Of a stretch of 64,000 nt of DNA, positions 1 through 16,004 are shown piece after piece. Each line of letters starts with the position of its first letter. Position 1 is the stretch's first letter. The translations under genes were made by a program, and so were the position numbers. This stretch comes from Cenococcum geophilum (lineage: Eukaryota). Location of the stretch: the NCBI GenBank assembly GCA_050273025.1, contig CP158635.1, forward strand, positions 3,100,001 through 3,164,000. Direction: 5' to 3'. The notes beneath the pieces are model-generated. The model was not told the DNA's origin. It was given only the letters and a program-made list of their open reading frames with translations, and searched no databases.

Positions 1-772
1 GATTCGCCTCCAATCACGCGCTCGCTGCCCACCTTACTCGCCATTACCAACCCTCCGCTCCACCCCCGGTCCGCGCTCTTGACGCCTAAAAAGGGCTTTG
101 CGACTTTCGCCCTGAGACAGCACCTTCGCCAGGTTATTTTTACTTGTGGGCCTTTGACTCGTCATCATCATTATTTATTTGGTCTCACCCGCTCTCTGGG
201 CACATCCCGACCACCCCGACATCCCGACACCCCGACCCAAGACTATTTGAATTTTCGCGACTCAGCCTCGCCAACAGACGCGTCTGCCCCTTCACTCGCC
301 CAATCCCAGCCGCCGCTCCCAGGCTCTGACTCACCCTGGTAAAGTCTTTACACGCTCTGTGTGGCCACCCACCCCAGCTCCCACCCTAATCAGCCCGCTG
401 TCACGTGCTCCTCCCCCCCGGCTCGCCTCGTGTTTCAGCCGCCGAGCATAAATCTTCGGGCTGTTGCTCTCTTAACTTCTTACTTCCGCACTTTCGAAAA
501 AAGTCTCGGTCGCAAGCCACCCCCACCCCCCACCCCGCTCTGACCAAACCCATAACCACTTTCAAAAAACACTGTGCGGCTGCCTTGACGCTAACTGGCG
601 CGTACTCTCTTGAAAGTTCTCTAGCCGTTTGCGCTGCCTGACGTCTTTGACGGCTGCCTGTCGCGTGCCTTGCGCCGTCGATCAAAACATTCTGCGTCAG
701 GCTGAGCGTACACAAACAAACATCCTCCTTCTGGGGAGACTGACTGCGCGCAACCTATAGCTATCTGGCCCT

Positions 773-3643
773 ATGGCAGTGATGACATCATCTGCCTTCG
801 ATAAAGCGCCTTACGAGGGCAAGGCGCAACCCGTTCCATCCTCAGATACGATGGCTTTGGATTCAGACATCAACGGGTGAGTCTAGCTCTCTCCATTCAC
901 CTCATTTCATTGTGCATTTTTCTTTTTCTGTCACAAAGCGCATGTATTTATTGAATGAATTCATTTGCAGAGTCGCGAATAAATATGACGCCCTCTTTGA
1001 CGAACCTGACTCCCACTTCATTGAAAACTCAACTCAGTCCATCTACCCTGAGTCAGATCCTCAACCTACCCTCAACGGCAATCACCTACCAGACGGCACA
1101 ATGCCACCCTTCGATGCGGCAACAGCTCCTATAACGGACGTCTCCAGTGGCATCGCGCCCATTGTGCAATTTCTTCCTGACCACCAAAACGACTCGAATT
1201 CTCTCTTCGACGGCTCCGACATCACCGCGCCTACTTCCACCCTTCCAGCAGTCGAAGCTCCAGTATCGGATCTAAGGCAGGACAAGGATTCAATACCAGG
1301 CGGAGCAACGGAGGAACAAGTCGAGCCAAGTTTAGGAAACATGGAGACTGCGGCTCCTCATGCCAAGATTGTACCTTCGCGGGAGAACTCAGATGTCATG
1401 GATGTGTCCCAGGACCTCCCAAGTGCGCCCGCCTCGGGGGCAAGCTTTATGGATACGTCTGAGGATAACAGGGCGACTCCCGGAACAGAACTCCCTGACC
1501 GTACGGGAAACGACGCCACGGAGCCCACTGCGGATAGGCCCGCATCGCTCCCACTGCAAACTCATCCTTCGATCGAGTCCCCATCCCAAATTCCGTTCAC
1601 CCAGTCACCAACAGCGACCGATCAGGATATGGCTGAGGCGCCTTCATCTGGAAAAGTGCGAACGCGTGAGGACGAGGAGGAGGAAGATGCTCCATCTGCG
1701 AAGCGCACAAAGACTGAAGAAGAGGATGGAGCAGGATTTAAAATTCCCGAGGTACCGGCTCAGAAGGATGCTACTGTCAGCAATGGCAATACCGTTTTTG
1801 GAGACCAAATTTACGCCCAGCTGGCTGAGCAGTACTCTAATTCTCCGATGACAAAGGCGCAGAACAAATTCCTACTTGAGCGCATACGAAATACGAAGAA
1901 GATCAAGGTAGCCTTTGCTTTTAGAGACCCAGTCGATCCCGACGCTCTTGGTATCCCCCAGTATCGTGATTTCATCAAGGAACCAATGGATCTCGGCACT
2001 ATGGAGCAGAAACTGAAGGATGACAAATATGCTTCCATGGCGGATTTTATGAAGGATATGAATCAAATCATAGAAAACACTGTCAAGTTTAACGGCCAGG
2101 AACACCCAATCACCCAGGCTGGCCTAAACATGCGCGCCTACTTTATCAAAGGATTGGTGAAGATGCCTAAAACGGACATCGAAGTGCCTCCGCAACAGAA
2201 GAAGATGAAAAGGCCCACAGTAGCAACTGTTGCCAAGCCGCGGCGTGAGTCTAGGACTAGTGTTGTCCCTACAAAATCGCCAACTGTGACGGCGACGGCC
2301 ACATCTCCTCAGAATACATGGCCTTTAAATTCGGATGGCATGCCCCTTATTCGACGGGATTCTTCAAACGCCAACGACCGACCCAAGCGAGAGATACACA
2401 GGCCTCCGCCGAAGGATCTTCCATACAACAGCGTGAAGCCGAAGAAGAAGAAGTACCAGCTAGAGCTGAAATTTTGCGAGAGCGTGGTCGCGGAAATGAC
2501 GAAGTCGAAACATGCCAAATTCTCTTATCCTTTCCTAAAGCCCGTGGATCCCGTGGCTCTCAACATCCCTCAATACCTTAAGATTATCAAGAAGCCTATG
2601 GACCTTGGCACTGTAGAAAAGAACTTAAAGGATGGCAATTACCAGACTGCAAAGGACTTCTATAACGATGTGATACTGATGTTCAATAACTGCTACAAGT
2701 TTAACCCCGAGACAGATGACGTACATAAGATGGGAAAAATGTTCCAACAAGTGTTCGATTCTCTTTGGGCCCAGAAGCAAGCTTGGATTGAAGAGCACAC
2801 CCCAGTTTCGGAACCTCAGTCGCCAGCAACAGCCGACTCTGAAGATGAGGAAGAGGAAGAGGAAGAGGTCGACGATGAAGCCGCGAAGTTAATGGCCATC
2901 CAGCAGCAAATTGCCCAACTGAATAGTGCAGCTCAAGCGCTGCTTCAGCAAAAGGCCGGTAAGAGAGCCTCTCCAAAAGCAAGCGCCAAGAAGGGCGCCA
3001 AGAACGCGAAACCTGTGAAATCAAGGAAGAACAGTACCCTCCCACCACCTAAAGCAGCACCAAAGGCAAAAGCACGAACAAAGCCCGCCGCTCCCTTGAC
3101 CTTTTCGCAGAAACAAGAGATTTCAGATGCTATTAGTACTCTGGGAGATTCGGACATGAGGAAGGCAGTTCAGATCATCAGGAATGGCTGCCCTCATCTT
3201 GCAGTAAGTGCATCGCCTCTGCCTCTTGATATTTACTCTAACACAATATCAGAATGTCAATGACGATGAAATGGAGATCGATATGGAAGAAATTGGCGAC
3301 GATTGTTTGCGTGAACTTCTCAAGTTCATCAGGGCCGTGAAAGGACCAAAGGGTGCTGCAGATGACGAATTCGAGTCGCAGAGACATGTTGCTAAGGCTA
3401 CTGCCGCTTCAAAGCCAAAGAAGAATAAGCCTATGGGCAAGAAGGAGCAAGAAGACAGCATCAAGCAAATCCAGGAGCAACTCAGGAATTTCCAGGCCAA
3501 TGCCTCTGGTTCCGATCAGTCTCCACCTGGTAAGCTCCTTGCTACCTATCTCACTATCATGATGCTAACAAACGCTAGCCATTCCCCATGATGAGTCAAG
3601 TGACGATGACGAGGATAGTGGCTCCGAAAGCGAGGAGGAATAG
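773..3643 (+). CDS. BDF1: BET-family double-bromodomain transcription regulator with ET domain
   Basis: Two bromodomains (FRDPVDPDALGIPQY...MDLGTM; FLKPVDPVALNIPQY...MDLGTV) and a C-terminal ET region (LTFSQKQEIS...EMEIDMEEI). ATG at 773; GT-AG introns 877-970, 3204-3252 and 3530-3578 join in frame to TAG at 3641-3643. Confidence 0.93.
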
Positions 3644-4550
3644 ACTTGTCTTTTATCAACTTTTTGCTATCTTCGTGGCTGTAGCCCAAATCAACACACC
3701 TCCACCTCGAGCAGCTTGCATGCCCTTCAGCAATTTATATTTCAAGTAGCAACAACATGCCACCGTATTCGACATCCACCTTTTGCGCATTATTTTCGGC
3801 CTAGATAACATTGGCTAAAGCACGAAAGGCCTTAAATTTGATTACGTCCCCTCTGCGATCCCACAGGATGTCTTCAACCCGCTTCGCTGTACCATATCTC
3901 CCACTTCACCCTCCCTACTTCCCTCTTTTCATTTCTTGTCCATAGATTAGGCGATTGACCCTTTTTTTATCCTGCAACGGTTATGACGTTGACGAGTGTT
4001 CTCTTGGAATATTATTCGGAGAAATCTGCTGGTCGCAATGAGCGGTGACTAGCAATGGGAATTGGAATAAAGTTGGCTACTGAATGGAGGCAGTAGGCAG
4101 CTTCACTGTACACTAGACTGACGATTATGCCTGCGAGTGTATGCGCTTATGAGCTGAGCAGCTCGGAGCAATAATTCGAAAAGCAGAGTTGAAGACGACA
4201 TAAAATGGCTTGAGGTGCTTATGTGTGAGCGTGAACGGTGATTTCAAGAGAAGAACCGTGTTCTCTATTATAAGCCTATTAATTTCCTCATAGTTGCGTT
4301 GGGTTCTCAAAACCTGCATATCTTCCAGTCGTGATGCTCCATCCCTGTAGTGACCACTTTTCGATTCGCGAATTTCTTGAACTTCAACGACCAAAACACC
4401 CGGCTAGCTCTCAGCCTATACAACCAAACGCCATCTACCTTATTCACGCTGTGACCCTCCACTACCTAAACTTTCCGCGTACAAACCCAAATTTTCGCCC
4501 ATTTGAATACCGCCTCGATCCACCTCATCGCAAACGCGACATCCGCCATC

Positions 4551-6323
<1,773 letters not shown>

Positions 6324-6733
6324 GAACTTAGGAAGAATAACTATGATTAGGATGTACGATAGATATCCTGGTATGAGAGTGTAGGATATAATCGCGGATC
6401 TCAGGTGTTCTCGTGAAGGCTATAGAGTATTACTTGATTGCAGGATCTCTTAGAATAGAGAGTTCAGAAAAGTTTAGTAAACGGCTCGACGTAGAGGTGT
6501 ATATTCTAAGTTGGACAGTGAGAATTCTTATTCAGAATACTAGAATCATGCTTGGATGGAATTATTTTGATGCTCTCAGCTCCACTTCCCGATTGGCTCT
6601 TTGAACCGCGGTCCGATCTCGAAATCTCCCTCCACCCGCAAACGCCATATCTCTTCCCTCAACCTCAATCCACCACATTCACACACCAAACCCACTCACG
6701 AGCCCACCCCCCTTCCATCTCTCAAAATCAGCA

Positions 6734-7219
6734 ATGCGTCCGTCCGTCTCCCTCCCCCGCCTCCTCTCCGCTCGCACTCTTTCCCGCCGCACCCTCAGCA
6801 CCACCCCCCGCCACGGTGCCGCCTCTCCCTTCAAAACTGCCCCCTCGCCCCCTCGCCTCCCAAAAGAAGAGCAAGAGATATTCGAGCAGCTGCAGAAAGC
6901 GAGCACAGGCGCCTTCAGCACACCCAAAGCCTCCTCCACCCCCTCCAACCCCACCCCCTCGGCACCCACCACCGCGTCCGAGCCGAAGGCGCGGATCAAC
7001 CAGTCGCCTGCTTCGGATTCCGGGTCCGAAGAGACGATTAGAGTCGAGGCGGCGGGAGAGGGCGAGGAGCTGCATCCGAATCTGAGGCGCGGCGCGCCGC
7101 CGGAGTTTGAGGGCAACGTCAATCCGAAGACGGGAGAGGTCGGTGGGCCGAAGAATGAGCCGCTGAGGTGGGGGCATCGGGGGGATTGGAGCTATAATGG
7201 GCGGGTGACGGATTTCTAG
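6734..7219 (+). CDS. SDH8: Succinate dehydrogenase assembly factor 4-like (DUF1674/Sdh8), mitochondrial
   Basis: Arg/Ser-rich presequence-like N-terminus and C-terminal signature NPKTGEVGGPKNEPLRWG..GDWSYNGRVTDF. Confidence 0.85.
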   Translation: MRPSVSLPRLLSARTLSRRTLSTTPRHGAASPFKTAPSPPRLPKEEQEIFEQLQKASTGAFSTPKASSTPSNPTPSAPTTASEPKARINQSPASDSGSEETIRVEAAGEGEELHPNLRRGAPPEFEGNVNPKTGEVGGPKNEPLRWGHRGDWSYNGRVTDF

Positions 7220-8597
7220 GAGAGAGGTGGAAGGGAATTTGGGGCGGTGCGGGTTGCGCGGAGTTTGGGGGGTTGTATATATTTGACGAGTTGAAGCGTG
7301 TATGGGGGGGATTCGTGAGGTGTTAGTGCATTGGGATTGGAGTTGGAAAATTGGGTGCTTTGGAGTTTTTAGATATGTGTATTAGTATGTATTAACACCT
7401 ACGAGAAATTTAGCAATGGGCAGTCTTCGAACTTGCCCAGGATGCAATTTATTACCCTCAATCATTGAGTCTGCCAGTCTCAACGGGGTTGAGATCTGCT
7501 TAGCACCTTAAACGCGAAACCAGGAACTAGGCAGGGTCATTATTAATCAACAGAGGAGCTCATTGTACAAGTCCTCCTAGCCCAACGTTAAGATGTTGGG
7601 TAAACACAAAGTCTGCACACCAGCCTTCCCCAACTCGTCTATAAAAGGATTGTCGTTTCCCCTCAAGTATGCTTTCCCATTAGCAAGAATAGAGGAGCAG
7701 GATGGAGTAAGCAGCTTCTCGGTATTCTTTACGCTTTATATATACACCCGGGAACATAAAACACAAAGACCTAGTATATCATATATAGACGCCTTACCTT
7801 TCACCTTCTCTCAAATAGCCTGGAAGAGCACGTACAGGCTTATTAAAGAGGCCATTTCACTAGTGTCAACCCATCCTAATGGCATACGAAGTCACCCACC
7901 ACATGAGATGGAAAGCATTATCGAAGGATATAATGCCTTGGCCAATTTTCTAAATAACATACTAAAGCACTGCCGGTGCACCCAGCCACGCAGAGTCACC
8001 TTTTTTGCTCGCCCGAGGAGAGGACAGGCATGCATCGCTTTTTTAGGGATGTGCTCTATATAAACCACCAGCACTTTGAAGCAAACAATGGAATAAAATA
8101 TTACAGTCAGTTGAGGTAAAATGGTGATAAGTCATTGCATGTGTCATGACAGTAATGTGTGAGAGAATTATCTATTCATCTATATACCAGCGCTAAAATG
8201 GCAATGACTTGTATAGACAACATATATATTGACGGTAGGCGCGACAATCGCGGTGCGGCGCTTCTATAAGCGGACGGTGTCAGTAAGGGCGCTCCTTGAG
8301 TCCAGATGGAAGATTGGCCAGTAAGATTTTGCCGGAAAGGAAGTGACCAGTGCAGTAGAAGAATTACGTCCGCATAACAGGAACATGTATACGAGAGATT
8401 CTGCAGGTGGAAATTTCGACTCATGAATAAGGAAAGACAGAAACATAGACAAGGAAGGATATAGAAAAGAAAGTAGAATAGAAATATCGAAATGATTCGC
8501 CGGACTCCAACGACCCAGGGTATATCCGCAATTGATGCCGAAGAATGCCTGTTCTCCAAACGCCGGTTCGAATAGGGGTTAAATAAAGAAAATAAAC

Positions 8598-10346
8598 TTA
8601 CTGTCCAAGTGCAACTCCCAGCTGGTTCACCGCATCACAAGCCTGCTTCTCTTGGCTAGACACATCTTCCATGTTCACGACGTTGTTGTCATTGAACACT
8701 ATCCGCTTATATCCGTTTGACCCGCCCCAACTCTCCCACGTGGGAGCGTCCGAGATCTTATACTTGTTCGGATCGAGGCTCCTGATGAAGCTGGCCCAGT
8801 ACTTGTGGATGAATTTCCCGGCGTCGGTGTCGCCGTCGTAGAATACGGAAGTTAGCTCGCCTACATGAGTAGCACCACCGACATTCCAACGATAATTCCA
8901 TGTTTGGCCCCCGCTGGCGTTATAAAAGACGCTAGAGATATTCATGCCAGGGCAGATGTAGCGCAGGTGGCCGTAAACTTGCGCAGCCTGGGTTCTCCAT
9001 GCTGGGTCGTTCTGGGTATTGGAGGGGCCGGGGAACACGGCGCGGAGCTGGTTGAGGTCGGACGTGGTTGCAGTGGGGAATTGGTCTTTGATGAATTGGT
9101 CTGAGAGTTTCTGGGAGTCAATAGTTTTTGGAGTAAAAGTTATGCCTTCATTTGTGTCATCGCCAAAGATGGCAGGAACCTTAACGAAATGGCCATCAGC
9201 GAGTTCATCATACGTATAGCCCTTGATGAAGTCATCGTCGAGTGTGGGACCCCAGAAATAGAGTGGTGGGTCTGCTGCTCCGGGGAATGAGATATTGAGA
9301 CCTCGTACGGCGGCTTGAAATCCGACCGCATCCATTTCCTGAAGACATTGGATATTTTTGCAACCTGCTGCTTTGAGTAATGCGTCATACATGAATTCGC
9401 TCTCTTTCACAGTACGAAGCACGGGGAAAGCCTGTGACTCGGCAGCTATGCCATGGAAGAGCTTATTGTCAACTCCGCCATAGGCTGTTGTCTGAAGTAC
9501 GACGGACCCTGCTCCAGCGCTGGCGCCACCAAGGACAACCTGATTCGGATCCCCGCCAAACTGATGAGCGTAGTTAGTATAACTAGACTTAGTACAAAAG
9601 AAGAGGGGCTTGGAGTAGGTTGTGCCCCAAATGAAAGTGAATGTACCTGCTTTATGTGAGTGTTAACCCATCTCAACAATTGCTGCTGATCTTTCAAACC
9701 GTTGTTAAGGCTGAAGCTCTTGTTTCCAGCAATTTCACTGCTCGCAAGGAAACCGTACGGCCCGACCCTGTAGTTAAAGTCCACGACAACCATATCCATT
9801 TCACCAGCCTTGATGAGGCTGCTACCGTTATAATTCGCATTCGAATCGCCGTTAAATCCGCCTCCCTGGATAAAGACAAACACTGGGACTGGATTGGTGC
9901 TTATTGCATTGGATGAGGCGTAAACATTAGCGAATAAACAGTCTTCGGATTCGGGATCGCCGAATTCTACTTTTAGATCGAAAGTTGTTCCAATGCAGAG
10001 TGGGCCATACTGGTATTTACATTAGCTATGACTCAAGGCTTTCAGTGGTTGATAGCACTAGAAAAGAATAGATACTCACGCTATTGGCCTCCTGGATACT
10101 GCTATTGGCGGGGGGGTCTTGTGGGGCAGCGAAACGCATACCGTCTACTCGAGACACTGGGCTAGCATAGCGCATCCCGAGCCACTGAGTGACACCATTT
10201 GGCAGAGCTGTCCCTTTATATTTAGCATAGCCAAGATCAACGAGAGTGTCGACAGCTGCTATATCCCGGACGCAGAAAGCTAAGAGGAGGAAGACTAAGA
10301 ACATGCTTGATAGGCTCGAATGAAAGTATAGACTTTTAGGAAACAT
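8598..10346 (-). CDS. Secreted type-B carboxylesterase/lipase (alpha/beta hydrolase)
   Basis: Hydrophobic signal peptide, VDLGY and SEDCLF motifs, FIQGGGF oxyanion loop, NYRVGPYGFL, FGGDPNQV and nucleophile GASAG (9513-9527). Introns 10010-10079 and 9561-9646. Confidence 0.9.
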
Positions 10347-13147
10347 TTGTGGATGAACTCGGGAGGGGTTTGAGTGATAAGTCTGGCAGTATAATAATCT
10401 TCAAGGTTCTGTTATGGAGGTGAGGGTGGATGTCGCTAGTGGTTTTGCTTGAATTAAACGCCCCTTCCTTGATTGACGTATGAAAGAATGAAAGAGGATC
10501 GGAAGTGCAGAAAAAAGAAAGGCAGCACAGAAGCTCTATACTGCATGTTTGAAAGAAAGCTGAAGGGTTTATATTTTCACGATGCCTCAATTCGCTGTAA
10601 ACCATTAGGTGTCAAAGAAGCAGAAGATCATCGAAGCGTACGTACTGGCATCCGCAACTCTTTGTAATGGCTCCTCCTGGGCGCTCTGCACTGATGTGTG
10701 CCGTGATAGTTGAAGGAGCAAAGAGGACAGTGAGCTGTCTGCCAGGCTTATGCACAGCCCGAGACCCGTTAGAGGAAGGATTACTGCCAGGGATCTACAG
10801 CTCAGCTCAGGCTTTGCTACGAACGCGGGTAAGGAAACGGGCAGGATGACAATTGCCGTCGCCGGGATTGGCCCGCTGCAATTGGGTTGTCGATCGGAAA
10901 TCACTGTCTCAAATCTCAACACAACATAGGGCCGACAGCAGGTGGCCAGAGGAATGCAGCAACACAGCATACGCCCGCCAATCGTCGTCTTAATGGTCTC
11001 ATCCGGACTGATGAGGTTGAAAAAGAGTATTCACAAATCTGTGGCCAAGCACTTCCAAGAGCAAGTTCTAGGCGATTAGTCGCTTGTACTTCCCATGTTG
11101 GTGAGTAGCATTTTCTTAGCACTTTGGTGGCCGCTTGTCTCAGGCCGTCAGACCCCTTATTCGTACATATTTTTATATCATGCTTTGGCCACCAACAGTT
11201 TGCCGATCACGCTGTCCCCTTGCCTAGCTAATCCGCTTCGGCTGAATAACCGAAACAATGCCTCCCTATTGCTGCCATCTATCAGGGGTTATGCGCAGCT
11301 AGCTGCACTTCTGGTCCAATCAATATCCCCAGCACTCAAATTTTCGCATCCCACAGCCTCCTTTCATGGCTTTGCTAAAGAGCTTTAGGTAGTCCAGAAA
11401 TAGAGCACATGCTGCGGCAGCCGGGAAAAAAGGCATAACGCCTAAATACTCTCCCGTTATTGGAATAGCGTTGCGGATCACGCCAAAACGCCCTTCTGGC
11501 GCCTCTGGCTGGCCAAAGCCAAGACGTGTTAAGACTTGCCCGTGCCTGATCGACTATGATCGACACGCGCCTTTAACAGGAAGTGGAAAGAAGATATATA
11601 TACTTTTCCTCCCCGCCCTATCGATGACACAGGACCACTGAATAAGCTTCCTCGTGGAGAGCCGATCGCAATTTTTTGTTTGAGTATGAAAAGCTTCACC
11701 AGCCTGCATTTCGGAAGACGCGTAATACGTTTCGATATCCTCCTTGTTTCTCTTGCTACGTTAAATAAGTGGCGTCTAGCAACAGGCTGTGATATCCTCA
11801 TAGGAGATATTATGATACAGTGCGTAGGATCGTATGCTCACCACATCTCCGTACTCGCCCGAGTGGCTTTAATGAAAATGGTCTTAGAGATAAGGGAAAA
11901 CCAATCCTTACTACCCATCCCTGTTAGGTTTGGAGATTCAATAGGCATCAATATCTGAATAAGTTTCTCGAGGCTAGGCATAATACCCAACCGTAAGAGT
12001 AAATTGCATGCATCCATAAATGATTACGTCACAAAGACATGACCTTTTCTCTTCAGCCCTGTTTCACGCCCATGCGGTATTGCACTAAACGTCAGAACAG
12101 AAAGATAAACATATCTACGGACTAGGATTGCCTTTGTGGAGTAGGAAAAAGCGCCTGAGCACGAGATGCATACCGGCGCCTATCGGGAAATAGAAGATAA
12201 CACGAATGTGACGTTTCGAGCGAGTAGATATGGAGGTGGATACTGCACTCCCTTTCATCCTGCTAAGCAATTAAGAGACGTATAGCATGATAGAGGTAGT
12301 GCGGAAGAACAATTCCAGGCAACGAAGGAACCTTGTCCTTCTCCAGTGCTATGCAAATTATTCATTAAAAGCATAGTCAATAGTATGAAAGCGGGCGGGA
12401 ACTAGGAAGAGATTAAACATTCCACAACTTCTTGAATAGGCTTTGCAAAAAATGCGCGCATAATGTAATTCTTCCAACGTACAGCACTGAGTAAACATGT
12501 TAATAACCATTGCCACACAACCGTTTGAAGGGCAGCCAAAGTGGAAGTCATACGAATTGCGCATTGCTAAGGATCCGTACGAGCATTTGAAAATAATAAT
12601 AAGATATTGAGCGTACTAAAGCTTCAGGTAGGAGTCTTCTCATATAACATTTGCTTTCACTTCCTAGAGAGCGATAGATCAAGCATCAATATTCTTGGCG
12701 CACAGCCCCAGCTGTGGGTGAGGCTAAATGGGCAGGTGGCTTGTTTCTGGCGAGGGTGAACCTGACCAATCGATCCGCCATGTGCATGCTAATGTCCATA
12801 CAGAACTCGAGAGTGACGCTCACTTGACAACACAATCACTAGACTCATTGCACAGGACCCGCCGCTCCAAATCCTTCCAGCTCATGCCGTTCGTTTTGTG
12901 AGCTTCGACTTCCCGCCGCCGCCAAAGAAGCCCCGCTCTTCTTCCCGAAATCGTCGCGTGCCCTCCAACGAGCGTAAGATTGGCAGCCCTGGAAGGTAGC
13001 AAGGGTAAGAAGAGTTCTGTAGGAGAATCTTTTGAACTAAAGGAACTTCGTGAACCAACCGGTGAACCAAGCAAGGCGCGCAGTGTTGAAACCAAGCGTG
13101 AGCGCAAGAGGCGGGAGAAGCTTAAGCAGCTTCTCGCGGCTGACGAG

Positions 13148-16004
13148 ATGAAGTTTTCGCACAGCTTGCAGTTCAACTCTGTGCCAGACTGGAGCAGCCA
13201 CTATATAGCATACAGTAATCTCAAAAAATTGTTAGTATATCTTCAATAACCACAGACATCTCGGCTCCGCTGACCGTGGTGTCTTCACGTAGAATCTACA
13301 CCCTCGAGAAGAAGTTACATCAAGCCAGTGCCCAAAATCTCGATGGAGAATCATCTCCCCTCCTCAACGGCTCTGTCGATGACCCTGACAAGATATTCTC
13401 GAACGCCTTAGACCACGAACTGGAGAAAATATGCTCGTTCTACCAGCTGAAGGAGTTGGAGATATATGGAGATGTTGACAGGTTGTTAAGAGATGAAGAG
13501 TCCTACGAAGAGGACCAGGAGGCATTAGAGGCGGAGCAGAGTGAACAGCCGCCAGGTACTCGGGGAAGCAAGAGACCACGTTCGAGCAGCATTTTCAGGA
13601 CTATTGGATTCAGACAACCCCGACGGACAAGCACAATGAGCCGATCCTATGAAGACGAAGATGGTGATAGTGACGATGATGATGACGATGAGACTTCAAG
13701 GCTACGGAAGCCCAAAAGCAGGGACGGCAAAAAGATATGGGATTCGCATACTGAGGATGATTTGCGGGCTTCTACAGACTTCGCCTCGTCACGACGGAGG
13801 ACGAGTCTTGCATTCGACGACTACAACGATATGTCCTTTTCCGCATTGTACGACTCGGGTGTCTCACTGAAGAAGAGAACGATTAGCCTCTATGTTTCAA
13901 TATGCGAGTTACGCTCCTTCATCCAACTCAATAAGACCGGTTTCACAAAGGTCTTGAAGAAGTACGACAAAATTTTAGACCGCAATTTGAAAAGAGCATA
14001 TCTCGAGCAGAACGTAGATACGGCATATGCCTTTCAAAAGTCCACCATGGACCACCTATCCGAAAATCTATCCAGGATTGAAACTGCATATTCCAAAATT
14101 TGCACAAAGGGAGATGTTGCAGAGGCGAAACGGGAGTTGAGGCTTCACCTAAGAGAGCATGTGGTTTGGGAACGTAATACTGTGTGGAGAGAGATGATCG
14201 GGATTGAGCGAAAATCTCAAGCTGCCAATATGGGCATCAGACAGACCATGCTTGGTCAAGAGACAGACCCCCGAAAACTTAGACTTCAGGGCGACGAAGT
14301 CGAGGCCGATATGAAAGAGATTAATACGCCAATTGGGAGATATCGATGCCCACAATGGCTCCTCAGCTCAACTTTCTATACCCTGATTGTCATATTCGCT
14401 ATCTTCTTATTGCTATTGTTTATCCCGAGCATGAAGAAGCCCGAGCAACAAAACTGCTTGGCCCTAGTCATCTTTGTTAGTTTACTGTGGGCTACTGAGG
14501 TATGTAATCATAAGCCATACACGCCATCTCTGCTCACACAATTGCCAGGCCATCCCTCTCTTTGTGACTTCATTACTAGTCCCTTTTCTGGCGGTAGTTC
14601 TAAGAGTCGTTTGCGAGGATGAGGGGCCACACACTCGACTTAACTCTAAAGCTGCGGCTTCATATGTTTTTGCTGCGATGTGGACTCCCGTAATTATGCT
14701 ACTTCTTGGCGGCTTCACAATCGCTGCCGCGCTTTCCAAGTACAACATTGCTAAGATGATGGCTACGTTTGTGTTGAGTAAAGCTGGGACCAAACCCAGA
14801 ACGGTGCTCGTAACGAGTATGTTTGTAGCTATGTTTGCGAGTATGTGGATTAGCAATGTTGCGGCGCCTGTTCTCTGCTATTCAATCATCCAAGTAAGCC
14901 TACCGTCGGATTGAATTCATACCATATAACTAATGAACTCCAGCCCATCCTCCGCAACCTCCCCTCTGATTCTGCGATGACCAAAGCACTCCTTCTTGGC
15001 ATCGCGTTGTCCTCGAACATAGGTGGTGCTGCCTCCCCCATTGCCTCACCCCAAAATCTCATTGCCCTCCAAAACATGTCACCCCCACTAGACTGGGGTA
15101 GGTGGTTCTTCATTGCCCTCCCTGTCTGTATTATATCCATTCTTCTTATCTGGATTCTCTTACTTGCAACTTTTAAACCTGGTCGTAACACAACAATTGT
15201 ACCAATTCGACCTATGAGGGACAGTTTCTCGGGCATACAGTGGTTCATCAGCATCGTCACCATCATAACGATCGCACTGTGGTGTGTAACGCACCAACTC
15301 GAACCAATCCTCGGAGATATGGGTGTCGTAGCCATCATTCCCATAGTCCTATTCTTTGGTACTGGTATCCTTACTAAGGAGGATTTCAACAACTTCCTTT
15401 GGACCATCATTATCCTTGCTGCTGGTGGCCTCGCGCTTGGGAAAGCAGTCAACAGCTCTGGCCTTCTTCACACTATTGCCCACACCATCACTGATAAAGT
15501 TGGGGGATTAAGTCTGTATAGTGTGCTAGTTGTGTTCGCGACACTAATATTAGTCGTCGCTACGTTCATTAGCCACACTGTTGCAGCATTGATCGTGCTG
15601 CCGCTTGTGCAGAAGGTAGGCCAAGGAATGAGCGAGCCACATCCAAATTTGCTAGTTATGGGGAGCGTATTGATGTGTTCAGCGGCGATGGGCTTGCCGA
15701 CAAGTGGGTTTCCAAATATGAGTAAGTGTTTTCTTCTCTTTTTCCCCACTACCAACGTGAAACCCCATTTGCTTATCCTTTCCCAATACGTTATCGACCT
15801 CCCCGAACACGAGACGTAATATCAAGGAAATGATAGTTTACTGATATTTCCCCTTTAGCTGCTATCATGATGGAAGATTCGCAAACCGGCCAACGCTACC
15901 TGCATGTCAAGCACTTCATTACACGCGGTGTCCCCGCCTCCATCATCACTTTCTTCATCATTATTACGGTTGGGTACGGATTGATGCTTGTAGTTGGGCT
16001 CTAA
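13148..16004 (+). CDS. SPX-domain low-affinity phosphate transporter (Pho87/Pho90/Pho91 family)
   Basis: MKFSHSLQFNSVPDWSSHYIAYSNLKK SPX start, LNKTGFTKVLKKYDK, then an SLC13-type multi-TM permease (SNIGGAASPIASPQN, GLPTSGFPNM). Introns 13231-13292, 14500-14548, 14894-14943, 15722-15858; stop at 16002-16004. Confidence 0.93.

Noticed and set aside
912..970. ORF-track start of the 783-aa bromodomain ORF
   Set aside because: It lies inside intron 877-970; the better start is ATG 773.
7593..8559. ORFs of 127-156 aa between the SDH8-like gene and the esterase
   Set aside because: No recognisable motifs or coding-like composition; probably UTR or intergenic.
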